A DNA stretch of 42,434 nucleotides from a virus (taxonomy: Duplodnaviria > Caudoviricetes). Location of the stretch: IMG/VR virus record IMGVR_UViG_3300017788_000059, positions 1 through 42,434 of that record; one strand, 5' to 3'. Shown here in pieces: positions 28,863-39,150 of this stretch; position 1 is the first letter of the stretch, and every line of letters begins with the position of its first letter. Under the pieces are notes generated by a model. It saw only the letters and a list, made by a program, of their open reading frames with translations. It was not told the origin of the DNA and did no database searches. The position numbers and the translations under genes are program-made.

Positions 28863-31800
28863 TTCAATTTTTACAGGACAAGACGGAAACATCTATGTGG
28901 ACTTTGACGTTCAGAACCTAATTGTAGTGGATCCAAATCGACTACAAGATAAGAATGGTAAGATTATTGAAAGGACCGTGGACCACGAGAACTTGGTTAT
29001 GTATGCTAACTTGGAAACTAAATTACTACCAAGGACTAAATTGGCTGTCGGCGCTACAGTTCAAGACCAAATATCAACCATATCGATTGCAGAGATTAAT
29101 TTTCTAAAACCTGGTAATCAAAAATATTTGAATAATGACTATACAAATGAAATTACAGGTCTTGGGGTATTCAATAAAGGAACAACTAATAAGACTTCAG
29201 CGTCTCAAGTAGAAAGTACAAAACAAAAACCCCAATCGAACCTTCAAGCTGGTGACGGAAAACAATCCACTTTATCAACAGGTCTTCTTGGGATAACCTC
29301 AATCAACGTTAAGATCGATACATCTTTTGTTCCTCAAGTAACGATAGAATTGGAGGATGTACAAGGTAGAGCTCTATTCGAAAAGGGGGATTTATCACCC
29401 TATGCAGCTTTCTTTCATCTACCTTATCCACCATTTTATTTAACACTGAAAGGATTCTACGGACAAGCTGTTAGACATCAATTAAACTTGATAAGTTTTA
29501 CTGCTAGATTCAATAGTTACTCAGGAAACTACCAAGTAACCCTGCAATTTTACGGGTATAAGTACAACATATTAAATGAAATACCAATACAGGCAGCCCT
29601 TTCAGTATCACACATGTATGCAAGTACATACACGGTCAGTAGACAACTTTCTTCTACTACAAAATCCCAACCGATTACCCAACTCCAAGAGGGGGGTATG
29701 GCAAAAATTCAGGAGGTCTACCGCGACTACAAAGAAAAAAAATTAATACCATTGGATTTTCCAGAACTTGCATTGGATGAGCTTCTCAACAGATTAGAAA
29801 TGTTTGAGAAGAACGTCCAAAATAATTTCAACAAAGCCGATGTACTACCACTGACTGAAAGTGTAAACTTCAGACAAGCCTTAGTAGATTATGAAAGGGA
29901 TGTTTTTTCTAACACCAAATCATGGTTCAAGACTTACTGTGATGAAACAAGAGCTATTGTTGTAAAGAAAGCCGGATTTGTTGGTTATCCATTAAAAAAG
30001 GAAGTGAAAGATGGATCAACCGCTACAGGTGCGAGCACCTCACAAGGAGCAGATGCTGCTCTGGTAGCAATTATCAACAAGTATAATGAAAGATTAAATG
30101 GTAACCCGGTTTTTGGTAAAGACGGTGGAGGTAGTAATCAAGATTTGAAAATAGATAGTCCAGTCATAACATTTGATAATTGCGTGGTTCAAACTGACCT
30201 GAATGGAATTGATTTTGAAGGAACTTGGAAAATTAGAAACAAGACAACGAGAAAACCGAATCCAAAAGAATTAGAAGATTTCACAGCTAAAGTAACAACA
30301 GAATTAATTCCGAACTTCGTTCAACTTCAAGATCCAGATAAAAACCCAACAATAACTTTTTACACTTTTGAGGGACAAACTAAATTTAGTGGATTAATTA
30401 CAAAACTGTTACAAACTCTAAACTCAAAATCACAACAAGAAGAAGAGAAAATAACCGCAGCAATTGCCGCAAAGTTCGAAAATAAAAAGACGGGTATAGG
30501 TTTCAGACCTTCAATAAAAAATATTATCACAGTCATTATGGCTTCGACCGAAGCCTATATCAGGTTGTTGGACGACGTGCATAAGAAGGCTTGGGATGTT
30601 CGAGAAGACCCTGACCGAAGAAACGCTATTTTGAGGTATCCATCCTCGGATATGAAAGAAAACGTTAAGAAAACAAACGGTGATGATACAGATCCAATAT
30701 ATCCTTGGCCACAATTTTTTATGCAAGATGATAAAGAGACTGAAAGATTTGTGATCAAATATCCTGGTGATCCAGCTGTCGTAGATTTGACACAAGGATT
30801 TAATTATAGGAAGTGGCCCGAAATACAATTTGTCGAGGAATTTATAAAGGCCATAACTGAAAAGGGACCACAGGTACAAGATACCACAGAAAAAGAGAAC
30901 GAAGAGGAAGTTATAAATAGACTAACACTAAATGGTATAGAATTCCCACAAACAAATGAACCATATTTCACAAGGGAAGAAGTTAAGTTCTTATTTGAGA
31001 TTTGGGAACGAACCTATCTCAACTCTCATTACAACAGATTTCAAAGGGGCGGAAGCACAAAAGAAATCTATCAGACAATCGGGAGAAACGAATCAGATAA
31101 TATTGTTCAAGCTCTTGGTATCTCCGCACCATTTTTGATACAAAAGTTAAAAAACTACGCTTTCACATTCACTAACTATCTTGGGGTCCTTTCACACGTG
31201 TCAAATAACGGTACTGGTCCATCTATACAAAAATTGATTCGAGACTATTTTGCAACAGCCTACATACAAACGGAGGTGGACAATTCCTTCGAGATATATG
31301 ATCAATCTACAATAGATTCAACGAGCCCTTCCAACAACAGAAATTTACCACCTGAAGATCAGAAGAATTTCAACGATTTGATACAAGCAAACGTTTCAGA
31401 TGATTTCTGTGACACATACCCCTTTACCGATCAAAAATGGTTAGAAGCAAACGTAGAGACAAGTCCGAAGGCTATGGGCGGACTTTTTTACAAAACACAA
31501 AAAACACTTTTTGTTAACTCAGAAAAAAAAGTCATAACAAATTTTACACCCGAGACTTCAAAAACATCAATCAGACCTGTCACTAGTTTCTCATACATGA
31601 ACAGAAACCAACCTGTTGTTCCACAGAATAACTTCAACGATTTTTATAGACTCAGAGACAAACCCTCCGATTTCATTTCAACAGAGGGATATATTGAAGG
31701 TTTTTCTGGCCCAAATGCACAAATACAGACATCTTCTATAATGAATACCCCATTTTTTGTAAACGCTTTACAAAACGGTGTCAAAGATTGGGTTGCCAAG

Positions 31801-34800
31801 AAAGAATATCCATTCGTACAAGCTTCATATCTTTTTTTGAATTCTTTACCACTTTCCACTTTGAGGGGGACATACAAAACGAAAGGACAAGTTGAATCGT
31901 TGGATTACATAGCCGCTTCAATCAAAAGATTCGGTGGTGTTCATAAATTACCATATGCTTGGATTTTGAAACTTGGTTCTGTTTATCACAGGTATAAAAA
32001 ATTTATTGTAGAAGGAGTTGATATATTAGACACTTGTTGGAAAAATTTTGATTATCTCAATAACTTTGATCCGAAGACCGGTAATATAGACAAGATATAT
32101 GATTTGTCGTTTGAACAAGGAGTCCCAACCAAAGTTTACTTACAGGGATATTATTTTAATCCTAGTCCACCACCGCCAGCGTTACAACTAAGTTTCACAA
32201 GTCAGACAATACAATCTGGCTTTTATCCGAGATTAATAAATGATATGAGTATCTTCTTCAATGGGGTTCCATGTTTCGAAACTTATTCTGACACCGAGAT
32301 TCAATTATACATAGATTCAACTTTGAAAGTCGGGAACATAGTGGAGTCCAACGTAGATGTTCCATTCACGTCTGGTGGAAACCCGAGTTATTTTTTCAAA
32401 ATGAAACCATTAACTGTTACAATGAAAAATACCTCTACAGGTTCTTACTATACCATACCATCTTTTGGTTCACTTTACAACCAAGTACCCTCTTCAATAT
32501 TTGATCAAAACTCAACACAAGGTAGAAATATTGCTGTCAAAAATATTCTGAGTAATAACTCCATTTATAATGGGACTGTTAGAATGTTTTGGGGGTTACC
32601 AAATTACGGATATTTTGATGTGGACAGAAATACCAAACCATCTCCCTCTGAATACATGACGTATGTTTTCAGTAATGGCGAAGTTAGTCCTATGAGTTTA
32701 GGGTTCAAATACTCTAATATAGAGGAAATATTTGCAGTTTTTGATAAGTCACAATTGGAGATGATGGAATTGAAATTTTTAAATTTTTCTAAGTCGGTAT
32801 ATGACACAAACGAAACTGTAGGTCCAGGACAACCTAAAATAACTCTTAACCTTGATACAACAGATCCAGACAGATACCTCAAGAATTTCCAATTGATGAT
32901 GAGAGAATTTTGTGAGATTGATGCTCCTTCAATAGGTCAGAACACAGAAATTTATTTGAGTAAGGCCGTTTCCAAACAGTTTGATAATATCACTAATATC
33001 ATATCAAATTTCTTGGAGTACAATATAGTCATGAAATTTGGTAATCCATCACTTTACAATAGGAAACTTTTCGATAGTTTCAATCCAAATTACGAAACAG
33101 GATATACCTTTGTTGAAAGTCAACCATTTACCCTATTTGGGAACACAGGTCAATTCACGGCAGATTTTAAATTAGTAGATCCATTTGTATTCAAACCATA
33201 TGTTCAGGGAAGTTTACCAACAAACGGCGGGACAACCACACTTCAAACCTCACTTACTTCACACCGCGATGCTTGGAGGGAATTGAGATTACAACTTGGA
33301 CCTACAACAATTAGTGGTCTATTACCGACAAATAATGGATCATACATAACAGATTTTTTTGTTGATAATAATATCGAGTTTACGGCTGAGAATGTAAAAA
33401 TCTGTGCTCCTCTGATACGAATTTTTGCCACCCAAAAACTCAAAAAAAAATCTTTGGATGGTGATAGTTTTAAAAACTTAGTGTTCGCGTATTCGGAATC
33501 GATGATTGAATATCAAAAAAATGTATTTGATAATCTTTTTGTGGAACTAAGAAAAAATCTACCAACCATAAGTGACCCTATTGAGAACACTATCAAAAGT
33601 TCCATCCAAGGGGAATTTGTGAAAACACAAGTTTACGAGAACTTGAAAGCTGTCAATGATAAATGGATTGCGGGTAATGCTTACAACGAAGAAACTTTGT
33701 TACAAGATTTCTTATTTGTTGACAGAGCATCGAGAAATGTTGGAAATAGTATTTTAATTGATGTATTCTCTTTGAAAACTAGATTGAAGAATCATGGTGT
33801 TGATGCATCTGTATACACAATCATTGCAGGAACATTGATAGAGAATCACTTCACCGTCATGCCTTTACCGTCCTATGTTAACTTCTATAATATTCAAACT
33901 CCCGACGGGAGCGACACACCACCAAGAATTGAAAGTTCTGTAGACTTTGCAAATAATCTTTGGGGTACGTTTTTGAGTGTTGATTACAGAAACTCACAAC
34001 CTAAGTTGGTTTGCTTCTATACTGAAAAACCTTCAAATTATCCTGACTTAGGTAGGAACAAAGATTTCAGATATAAAAACGATGGGTTTGCTTGTAATAG
34101 TCTCACAGAAAACCCCCTTTTGACAAATCAAACGGACAAAACCGATTGGGCTCTATCCAATAGATGTGTTGGATTTGTAGTTGATATTGGACTGAGAAAT
34201 CAAAACGTATTCAATTCATTTTCAATAGATCAGACTGTTGGTTTAGCAACAACAGAAAGTTTGGCTGCGATTAACCAATTAGCCAACCAAGCTTCAGGAA
34301 GTGACGTAGTATCCTCAAATGTTTCATTATTGAACATCTATAATGAAAGAAGCTATAGTTGCACTGTTGTCGGATTCGGAAATGCTCTTATCCAACCTAC
34401 GATGTACTTTTGTCTGAATCACGTGCCAATGTTCAATGGTGCTTACATGATTACTTCAGTCAATCATACAATAACACCTGGTTTCTTCGAAACAACCTTC
34501 AAAGGTACAAGACAGAGAGTGTTTTCAAGTGAAAGACCGAACAACTACCTGATAAGTTTGAATAAAAACTTAGTGCAAAAATTAGTTCAAACAAGTTTGA
34601 ATAATACAACAGAAACCACATCTGATGGTAAGACAGACCAAACAAGTAAAAAGACTAATGACGCAACAAACAGTTGTCAAAACACTGTGGCAAATGGTAA
34701 GATTGAAAAATACAAAAAAGGATACACAGCTGTAAATGCCAATGCCTCTAAGATATCTGTACAAGAGTTCGCTAACAAATTGAAATCGAAAGTACCAGCT

Positions 34801-36222
34801 AAAATGGACACAGAAAAATTAAAGACACAATACGGTGCCGCTGTTTTTGCCTTCAGTTTTGTTTCATCTTCCAATGCAGATGGAACTAACTTCGAATCTT
34901 TCGGGAATAACTATGGTAACATTGATTTGTTATATGATTGGACAACCTCAGATCTCTTCCTCAAGGAGTTTTGTTGTGTGAAAATAGGCACTGATAAAGG
35001 ATCAGATTCCAAACCATTTGCACGTTTTGAAAATGTGGAAAAATATATTCAATTGATGGGAGCTAAGTTTGAAGAAATAATCAAGAATCAAGCACTATCT
35101 ACCAAAAGTGGAACATCCTTTTTACCAACAGCAGACGCTCTATTCAATTTATACATATCAGTTTGGTCAAAGATACAAAATATCAAAGAGGATAACTTCA
35201 AAAAGAATCAAGGGCCAGCAATTAGAGAAAAAATTGAAAAATCATTACCTATAATGGAGACGGTACTCGGTAAAGCTGGATTCCAACTTGTGGCTCCAAC
35301 GTCAGCTACGAATAACCCACAAACAGGACAACCTGTTAATCCAAATGTTACAACAAATGCTGATGATAGAAGTATATTCAGTACTGCTTCACCATCGTCT
35401 TATACATTGAACGTAAGTACAATATCGGGAGGTAATCTGAAAATCGACGGAAACATAGGATCCAACCCTCTTTCCAAAGTTTACAATATTAAAATTTTCA
35501 TAGTATCAACATCAGGATCAGGTGGAGAAACACTTATCGGTGAAACTACACTGACTCCAAATGCGAATGGTCAAAAAAACGGTTTCAGTTTTACGACCAA
35601 TAAGGATTACACCTCAATTTGTACTTTGTTAGCCGACAAACGAAATCAATCCTTAGGGTTTACTGTTCAGATCCGCGAGTACCCCGAATACAAATACTCT
35701 AAAATATATCGAGTGATGAATTACGATTGTCTACCTGTAAATTTATTACGAGGATTTATTGCATCTGAACAAAAATATAATGAGATAAATGCAAATCCAT
35801 GTGCCATTTGTTATCCAAATGGTGGTAGAAACATTAAAATTAATGGAAAAGATTGTTTACCAAATACGGCACCTCCACCAAAAGAAAACATTTATGATAT
35901 TTCAGTTTTCAAAGACGGATTGACTGCCAAACCTTTGACAGTCACTTTCAGAATAAAACCAAACGTAGGAAATTGGAAAATATTCACAGGAAGTAGTGAC
36001 ATTAGGTGTGAGGGTACTGAAGGTGAAACTACCGATGGCACTGTTGCATCTGATGGACAAAGTATTGTTTTTGACATCCCTTATTTATTGGACGGATGTG
36101 GTCTTGGATCGTATTCTTTAACACTCAAAGCTTTGGCACAACCAATCCTACCAAGTGGACAACAAGATACGACTCGAACTCAGAATGAAGGATCATATAT
36201 TCTTCAGGGACAAGTTTCATAA
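28852..36222 (+). CDS. Very large baseplate hub protein (gp27/GPD-like) with C-terminal accessory domains
   Basis: GITSINVK..VTIELEDVQG at the N-terminus; CTVVGFGNALIQPTMYF..GAYMITSVNHTI..FETTFKG hub C-terminal signature; position. Confidence 0.55.
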   Translation: MAGNSIFTGQDGNIYVDFDVQNLIVVDPNRLQDKNGKIIERTVDHENLVMYANLETKLLPRTKLAVGATVQDQISTISIAEINFLKPGNQKYLNNDYTNEITGLGVFNKGTTNKTSASQVESTKQKPQSNLQAGDGKQSTLSTGLLGITSINVKIDTSFVPQVTIELEDVQGRALFEKGDLSPYAAFFHLPYPPFYLTLKGFYGQAVRHQLNLISFTARFNSYSGNYQVTLQFYGYKYNILNEIPIQAALSVSHMYASTYTVSRQLSSTTKSQPITQLQEGGMAKIQEVYRDYKEKKLIPLDFPELALDELLNRLEMFEKNVQNNFNKADVLPLTESVNFRQALVDYERDVFSNTKSWFKTYCDETRAIVVKKAGFVGYPLKKEVKDGSTATGASTSQGADAALVAIINKYNERLNGNPVFGKDGGGSNQDLKIDSPVITFDNCVVQTDLNGIDFEGTWKIRNKTTRKPNPKELEDFTAKVTTELIPNFVQLQDPDKNPTITFYTFEGQTKFSGLITKLLQTLNSKSQQEEEKITAAIAAKFENKKTGIGFRPSIKNIITVIMASTEAYIRLLDDVHKKAWDVREDPDRRNAILRYPSSDMKENVKKTNGDDTDPIYPWPQFFMQDDKETERFVIKYPGDPAVVDLTQGFNYRKWPEIQFVEEFIKAITEKGPQVQDTTEKENEEEVINRLTLNGIEFPQTNEPYFTREEVKFLFEIWERTYLNSHYNRFQRGGSTKEIYQTIGRNESDNIVQALGISAPFLIQKLKNYAFTFTNYLGVLSHVSNNGTGPSIQKLIRDYFATAYIQTEVDNSFEIYDQSTIDSTSPSNNRNLPPEDQKNFNDLIQANVSDDFCDTYPFTDQKWLEANVETSPKAMGGLFYKTQKTLFVNSEKKVITNFTPETSKTSIRPVTSFSYMNRNQPVVPQNNFNDFYRLRDKPSDFISTEGYIEGFSGPNAQIQTSSIMNTPFFVNALQNGVKDWVAKKEYPFVQASYLFLNSLPLSTLRGTYKTKGQVESLDYIAASIKRFGGVHKLPYAWILKLGSVYHRYKKFIVEGVDILDTCWKNFDYLNNFDPKTGNIDKIYDLSFEQGVPTKVYLQGYYFNPSPPPPALQLSFTSQTIQSGFYPRLINDMSIFFNGVPCFETYSDTEIQLYIDSTLKVGNIVESNVDVPFTSGGNPSYFFKMKPLTVTMKNTSTGSYYTIPSFGSLYNQVPSSIFDQNSTQGRNIAVKNILSNNSIYNGTVRMFWGLPNYGYFDVDRNTKPSPSEYMTYVFSNGEVSPMSLGFKYSNIEEIFAVFDKSQLEMMELKFLNFSKSVYDTNETVGPGQPKITLNLDTTDPDRYLKNFQLMMREFCEIDAPSIGQNTEIYLSKAVSKQFDNITNIISNFLEYNIVMKFGNPSLYNRKLFDSFNPNYETGYTFVESQPFTLFGNTGQFTADFKLVDPFVFKPYVQGSLPTNGGTTTLQTSLTSHRDAWRELRLQLGPTTISGLLPTNNGSYITDFFVDNNIEFTAENVKICAPLIRIFATQKLKKKSLDGDSFKNLVFAYSESMIEYQKNVFDNLFVELRKNLPTISDPIENTIKSSIQGEFVKTQVYENLKAVNDKWIAGNAYNEETLLQDFLFVDRASRNVGNSILIDVFSLKTRLKNHGVDASVYTIIAGTLIENHFTVMPLPSYVNFYNIQTPDGSDTPPRIESSVDFANNLWGTFLSVDYRNSQPKLVCFYTEKPSNYPDLGRNKDFRYKNDGFACNSLTENPLLTNQTDKTDWALSNRCVGFVVDIGLRNQNVFNSFSIDQTVGLATTESLAAINQLANQASGSDVVSSNVSLLNIYNERSYSCTVVGFGNALIQPTMYFCLNHVPMFNGAYMITSVNHTITPGFFETTFKGTRQRVFSSERPNNYLISLNKNLVQKLVQTSLNNTTETTSDGKTDQTSKKTNDATNSCQNTVANGKIEKYKKGYTAVNANASKISVQEFANKLKSKVPAKMDTEKLKTQYGAAVFAFSFVSSSNADGTNFESFGNNYGNIDLLYDWTTSDLFLKEFCCVKIGTDKGSDSKPFARFENVEKYIQLMGAKFEEIIKNQALSTKSGTSFLPTADALFNLYISVWSKIQNIKEDNFKKNQGPAIREKIEKSLPIMETVLGKAGFQLVAPTSATNNPQTGQPVNPNVTTNADDRSIFSTASPSSYTLNVSTISGGNLKIDGNIGSNPLSKVYNIKIFIVSTSGSGGETLIGETTLTPNANGQKNGFSFTTNKDYTSICTLLADKRNQSLGFTVQIREYPEYKYSKIYRVMNYDCLPVNLLRGFIASEQKYNEINANPCAICYPNGGRNIKINGKDCLPNTAPPPKENIYDISVFKDGLTAKPLTVTFRIKPNVGNWKIFTGSSDIRCEGTEGETTDGTVASDGQSIVFDIPYLLDGCGLGSYSLTLKALAQPILPSGQQDTTRTQNEGSYILQGQVS

Positions 36223-36250
36223 AATCAGTATATTTATAAAGAAAAAAAGT

Positions 36251-36475
36251 ATGAACATCAAAGAAGCCTTAGACAACTACTTGGGTAAGTCTACTAGATA
36301 TTCTGAAATGGATAATGGTGACGGTACAAAACAAGTTTGTGATTTAGATACTGGTGACTGTTACACAGTTCGTATGAAAGATGGACTTATCGAAAGAGTG
36401 GACAATACTATGACAGTAAATAAAAAAGTTCGAGTTGAAACACGTAATGGTGTAAAACAACTTTTAAATGGTTAA
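36251..36475 (+). CDS. Small hypothetical protein (74 aa) with CDLDTGDC motif
   Basis: ATG at 36251 follows TATTTATA; the listed 36155 start overlaps the previous gene. Confidence 0.6.
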   Translation: MNIKEALDNYLGKSTRYSEMDNGDGTKQVCDLDTGDCYTVRMKDGLIERVDNTMTVNKKVRVETRNGVKQLLNG

Positions 36476-37124
36476 AAAAATGGGACTAGATAAAAAAATT
36501 ATTGCGGAGATTAATAGATTCAAAAATATGAATCAATATATTATGGAGCAAGACGTTGCTGCGGCACCGCCAGCTGAAGCTCCACCGGCTGATCCGGCAG
36601 CTGCTCCAACAGATATTGCGGCAGCACCCGCGGCGCCACCAACACCTGAAAAAATAGATGTTGAGAATGATCCCGACGTTGAGAAAATAGACAATGCAGG
36701 GAAAAGTGAAGAAGGTGCAATGGGTGATACTGAAGAGTTGGATGTCACACAGTTGGTTGATTCACAGAAAAAAATAGAATCTAAACAAGACGACTATTTT
36801 GACAATCTTTTCAAACAACTTAGCACTCTTGAAACGAAACTTTCCGAAATGGACAGTATCATGTCAAGATTGAACTCAATCGAAAATAAAATTGAAAAAT
36901 ACAGAACCAAAACTCCTGAAGAAAAACTTGAATTGAGAAGTTACGATTCTTATCCATTCAATCAGAAACTATCTCAGTTTTTCGATGAAAAAGAACAAGA
37001 AATGGAATTGACAGGTAAAAGAGACTATGTTCTTACTCCTGATGATGTTACAGATATTAATCCATCAGAAATTAAAGACACCTTTCAACCCAAACCAAAC
37101 AACGTCAAAGATTTCGGTTATTAA
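36468..37124 (+). CDS. Hypothetical acidic coiled-coil protein with Ala/Pro linker
   Basis: AAAPPAEAPPADPAAAP linker and heptad-like segment. Confidence 0.7.
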   Translation: MVKKMGLDKKIIAEINRFKNMNQYIMEQDVAAAPPAEAPPADPAAAPTDIAAAPAAPPTPEKIDVENDPDVEKIDNAGKSEEGAMGDTEELDVTQLVDSQKKIESKQDDYFDNLFKQLSTLETKLSEMDSIMSRLNSIENKIEKYRTKTPEEKLELRSYDSYPFNQKLSQFFDEKEQEMELTGKRDYVLTPDDVTDINPSEIKDTFQPKPNNVKDFGY

Positions 37125-37135
37125 ATTAAAATACG

Positions 37136-37168
37136 AAAAAGGGGATCAGGAAACTGATCCCTTTTTTT
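37136..37168 (+). terminator. Intrinsic (possibly bidirectional) terminator closing the structural block
   Basis: AAAAAGGGGATCAG-GAAA-CTGATCCCTTTTTTT. Confidence 0.85.
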
Positions 37169-37169
37169 A

Positions 37170-37201
37170 TTTGACGAATAGGTAATCTTTGATTATATTT
37201 T
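37170..37201 (+). promoter_or_regulatory. Host-RNAP-type promoter of the replication operon
   Basis: TTTGACGA...TATATTT with the same sequence and spacing as at 6003. Confidence 0.6.
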
Positions 37202-37236
37202 ATTTACATTAATCAACATTTTAAAACAGAGTAATC

Positions 37237-38082
37237 ATGAATGCATTAGACGCCGTATTGGCACAGTATGAAAAAAACAAACAATCATCGGGCGGAGGCC
37301 AATCAAAAATGTCACAAGAAGAAAGAATGAAGAAATACTTCGCTCTCATTCTTGAAGAAAAAGAAAGTTCAGGTCAGAGAAAAATCAGAATTCTCCCCAC
37401 ACCTGACGGATCATCACCTTTCAAAGAAGCGTGGTATCACGAAATCCAAGTGGGTGGAAAGTGGCAAAAGTTCTACGATCCAGGAAAAAATGACAACGAA
37501 CGTTCACCTTTGAACGAAGTTTATGAAGAACTTATCTCTACAGGTAAGGAGTCTGATAAAGATCTTGCAAAACAATATAGATCTCGTAAGTTCTATATCG
37601 TTAAAGTAATTGATCGTGATAAAGAGCAAGAGGGACCAAAGTTCTGGAGATTCAAACACAATTACAAGAACGAAGGTATTCTTGACAAAATTATCCCCAT
37701 TTGGAGAAACAAAGGAGACATCACCGATGGTGATAAAGGACGTGATCTTATTATCGAGTTAACAAAATCAAAAACACCAAAAGGTAAAGAGTATACGACT
37801 GTATCTACAATCATGTATGATGACCCAAGTCCTGTACACGAGGACAAAGATGTTATGAAACAGTGGGTATCTGATGAGTTGACTTGGCAAGATGTGTATT
37901 CTAAAAAACCTGTGGAGTACCTTGAAGCAATTGCACGTGGTGAAGTACCTCGTTGGGACTCTGAAAAGGGTGGATATGTTTATGGTAACAATGAAGAATC
38001 TACAACATCTATGGGTGGTAGCAAAACTTCATTCATCGATACACAATCAGAAGATGAACCAGATGGTGACTTACCATTCTAA
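37237..38082 (+). CDS. Single-stranded DNA-binding protein (T4 gp32-like)
   Basis: IRILP, FYIVKVIDR, GPKFWRF, GDITD..KGRDL, acidic tail DEPDGDLPF; precedes recA. Confidence 0.75.
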   Translation: MNALDAVLAQYEKNKQSSGGGQSKMSQEERMKKYFALILEEKESSGQRKIRILPTPDGSSPFKEAWYHEIQVGGKWQKFYDPGKNDNERSPLNEVYEELISTGKESDKDLAKQYRSRKFYIVKVIDRDKEQEGPKFWRFKHNYKNEGILDKIIPIWRNKGDITDGDKGRDLIIELTKSKTPKGKEYTTVSTIMYDDPSPVHEDKDVMKQWVSDELTWQDVYSKKPVEYLEAIARGEVPRWDSEKGGYVYGNNEESTTSMGGSKTSFIDTQSEDEPDGDLPF

Positions 38083-38093
38083 TTTTTAACAAC

Positions 38094-38123
38094 AAGGGCG
38101 GTCAAAAGCCGCCCTTCATTTTT
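38094..38123 (+). terminator. Stem-loop between SSB and recA (terminator/attenuator)
   Basis: AAGGGCGG-tcaaaag-CCGCCCTT followed by cattttt. Confidence 0.55.
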
Positions 38124-38128
38124 ATACT

Positions 38129-39130
38129 ATGGCAATTAAGAAAAACGATTTTGGTAATCTGAAGAAAAAGTTTTCGACTTCTGCAAAATATAAACCTCAA
38201 AGGTTTTTGGATTTAGGTGGGGATTTCTTGGATGCGGTTGGACTTCCTGGTCCTGCGATCGGACATATCAATATGTTCTTGGGTCACTCAGATACTGGTA
38301 AAACTACAGCGGCAATCAAAGCGGCGGTCGATTCTCAGAAAAAAGAGATTTTACCCGTGTTCATTATCACCGAACAGAAATGGAGTTTTGATCACGCGAA
38401 ACTTATGGGATTTCAGTGTGAAGAGGTAGTAGATACAGATACAGGTGAAATGGATTGGGATGGTTTTTTCCTATTCAACAACAACTTTAGCTACATAGAA
38501 CAAATCACAGACTACATCAACCAACTGTTAGACGCACAAGAAAATGGCGAATTGAATTATAGTTTGTGTTTCATTTGGGACTCAGTAGGTTCGGTACCTT
38601 GTAAGATGACATTCGAAGGAAAAGGTGGTAAACAACACAATGCTTCAGTCTTATCAGACAAGATTGGTATGGGTATCAATCAAAGAATATCAGGTTCAAG
38701 AAAATCAGATAATGACTTTGAAAATACACTTATCATCATCAATCAACCATGGGTCGAATTACCTGACAATCCATTTGGTCAACCTAAGATTAAAGCTAAA
38801 GGAGGAGAATCGGTATGGTTGAATTCATCATTGGTTTTCTTATTCGGGAATCAGAAAGGTGCTGGTACAACAAAAATCACCGCAACTAAAGATAAAAGAA
38901 CTGTGAAATTTGCCGTTAGAAGCAAAGTTTCAGTTATGAAAAACCACATCAACGGACTGGGATATGATGACGGAAGGATTATTATTACACCTCATGGATT
39001 CTTGGCGGGTAAGGATACTACAGAAGAAAAAGCTTCAATCGAAAAGTACAAGAAAGAGTATGCCGATTATTGGAAAGATATAATCGGGGCTGAAGGTGAT
39101 TTTACATTGACAGAAGAAAAAGAAGAATGA
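38129..39130 (+). CDS. recA: RecA/UvsX-like recombinase
   Basis: Walker A GHSDTGKT, Walker B FIWDSVG, IINQ, KGG, KNH. Confidence 0.88.
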   Translation: MAIKKNDFGNLKKKFSTSAKYKPQRFLDLGGDFLDAVGLPGPAIGHINMFLGHSDTGKTTAAIKAAVDSQKKEILPVFIITEQKWSFDHAKLMGFQCEEVVDTDTGEMDWDGFFLFNNNFSYIEQITDYINQLLDAQENGELNYSLCFIWDSVGSVPCKMTFEGKGGKQHNASVLSDKIGMGINQRISGSRKSDNDFENTLIIINQPWVELPDNPFGQPKIKAKGGESVWLNSSLVFLFGNQKGAGTTKITATKDKRTVKFAVRSKVSVMKNHINGLGYDDGRIIITPHGFLAGKDTTEEKASIEKYKKEYADYWKDIIGAEGDFTLTEEKEE

Positions 39131-39150
39131 TTTATCCGTAAATTAAAAAT

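Noticed and set aside
16056-36222. Tailocin or extracellular contractile injection system
   Set aside because: Head-neck genes and a full replication module are linked
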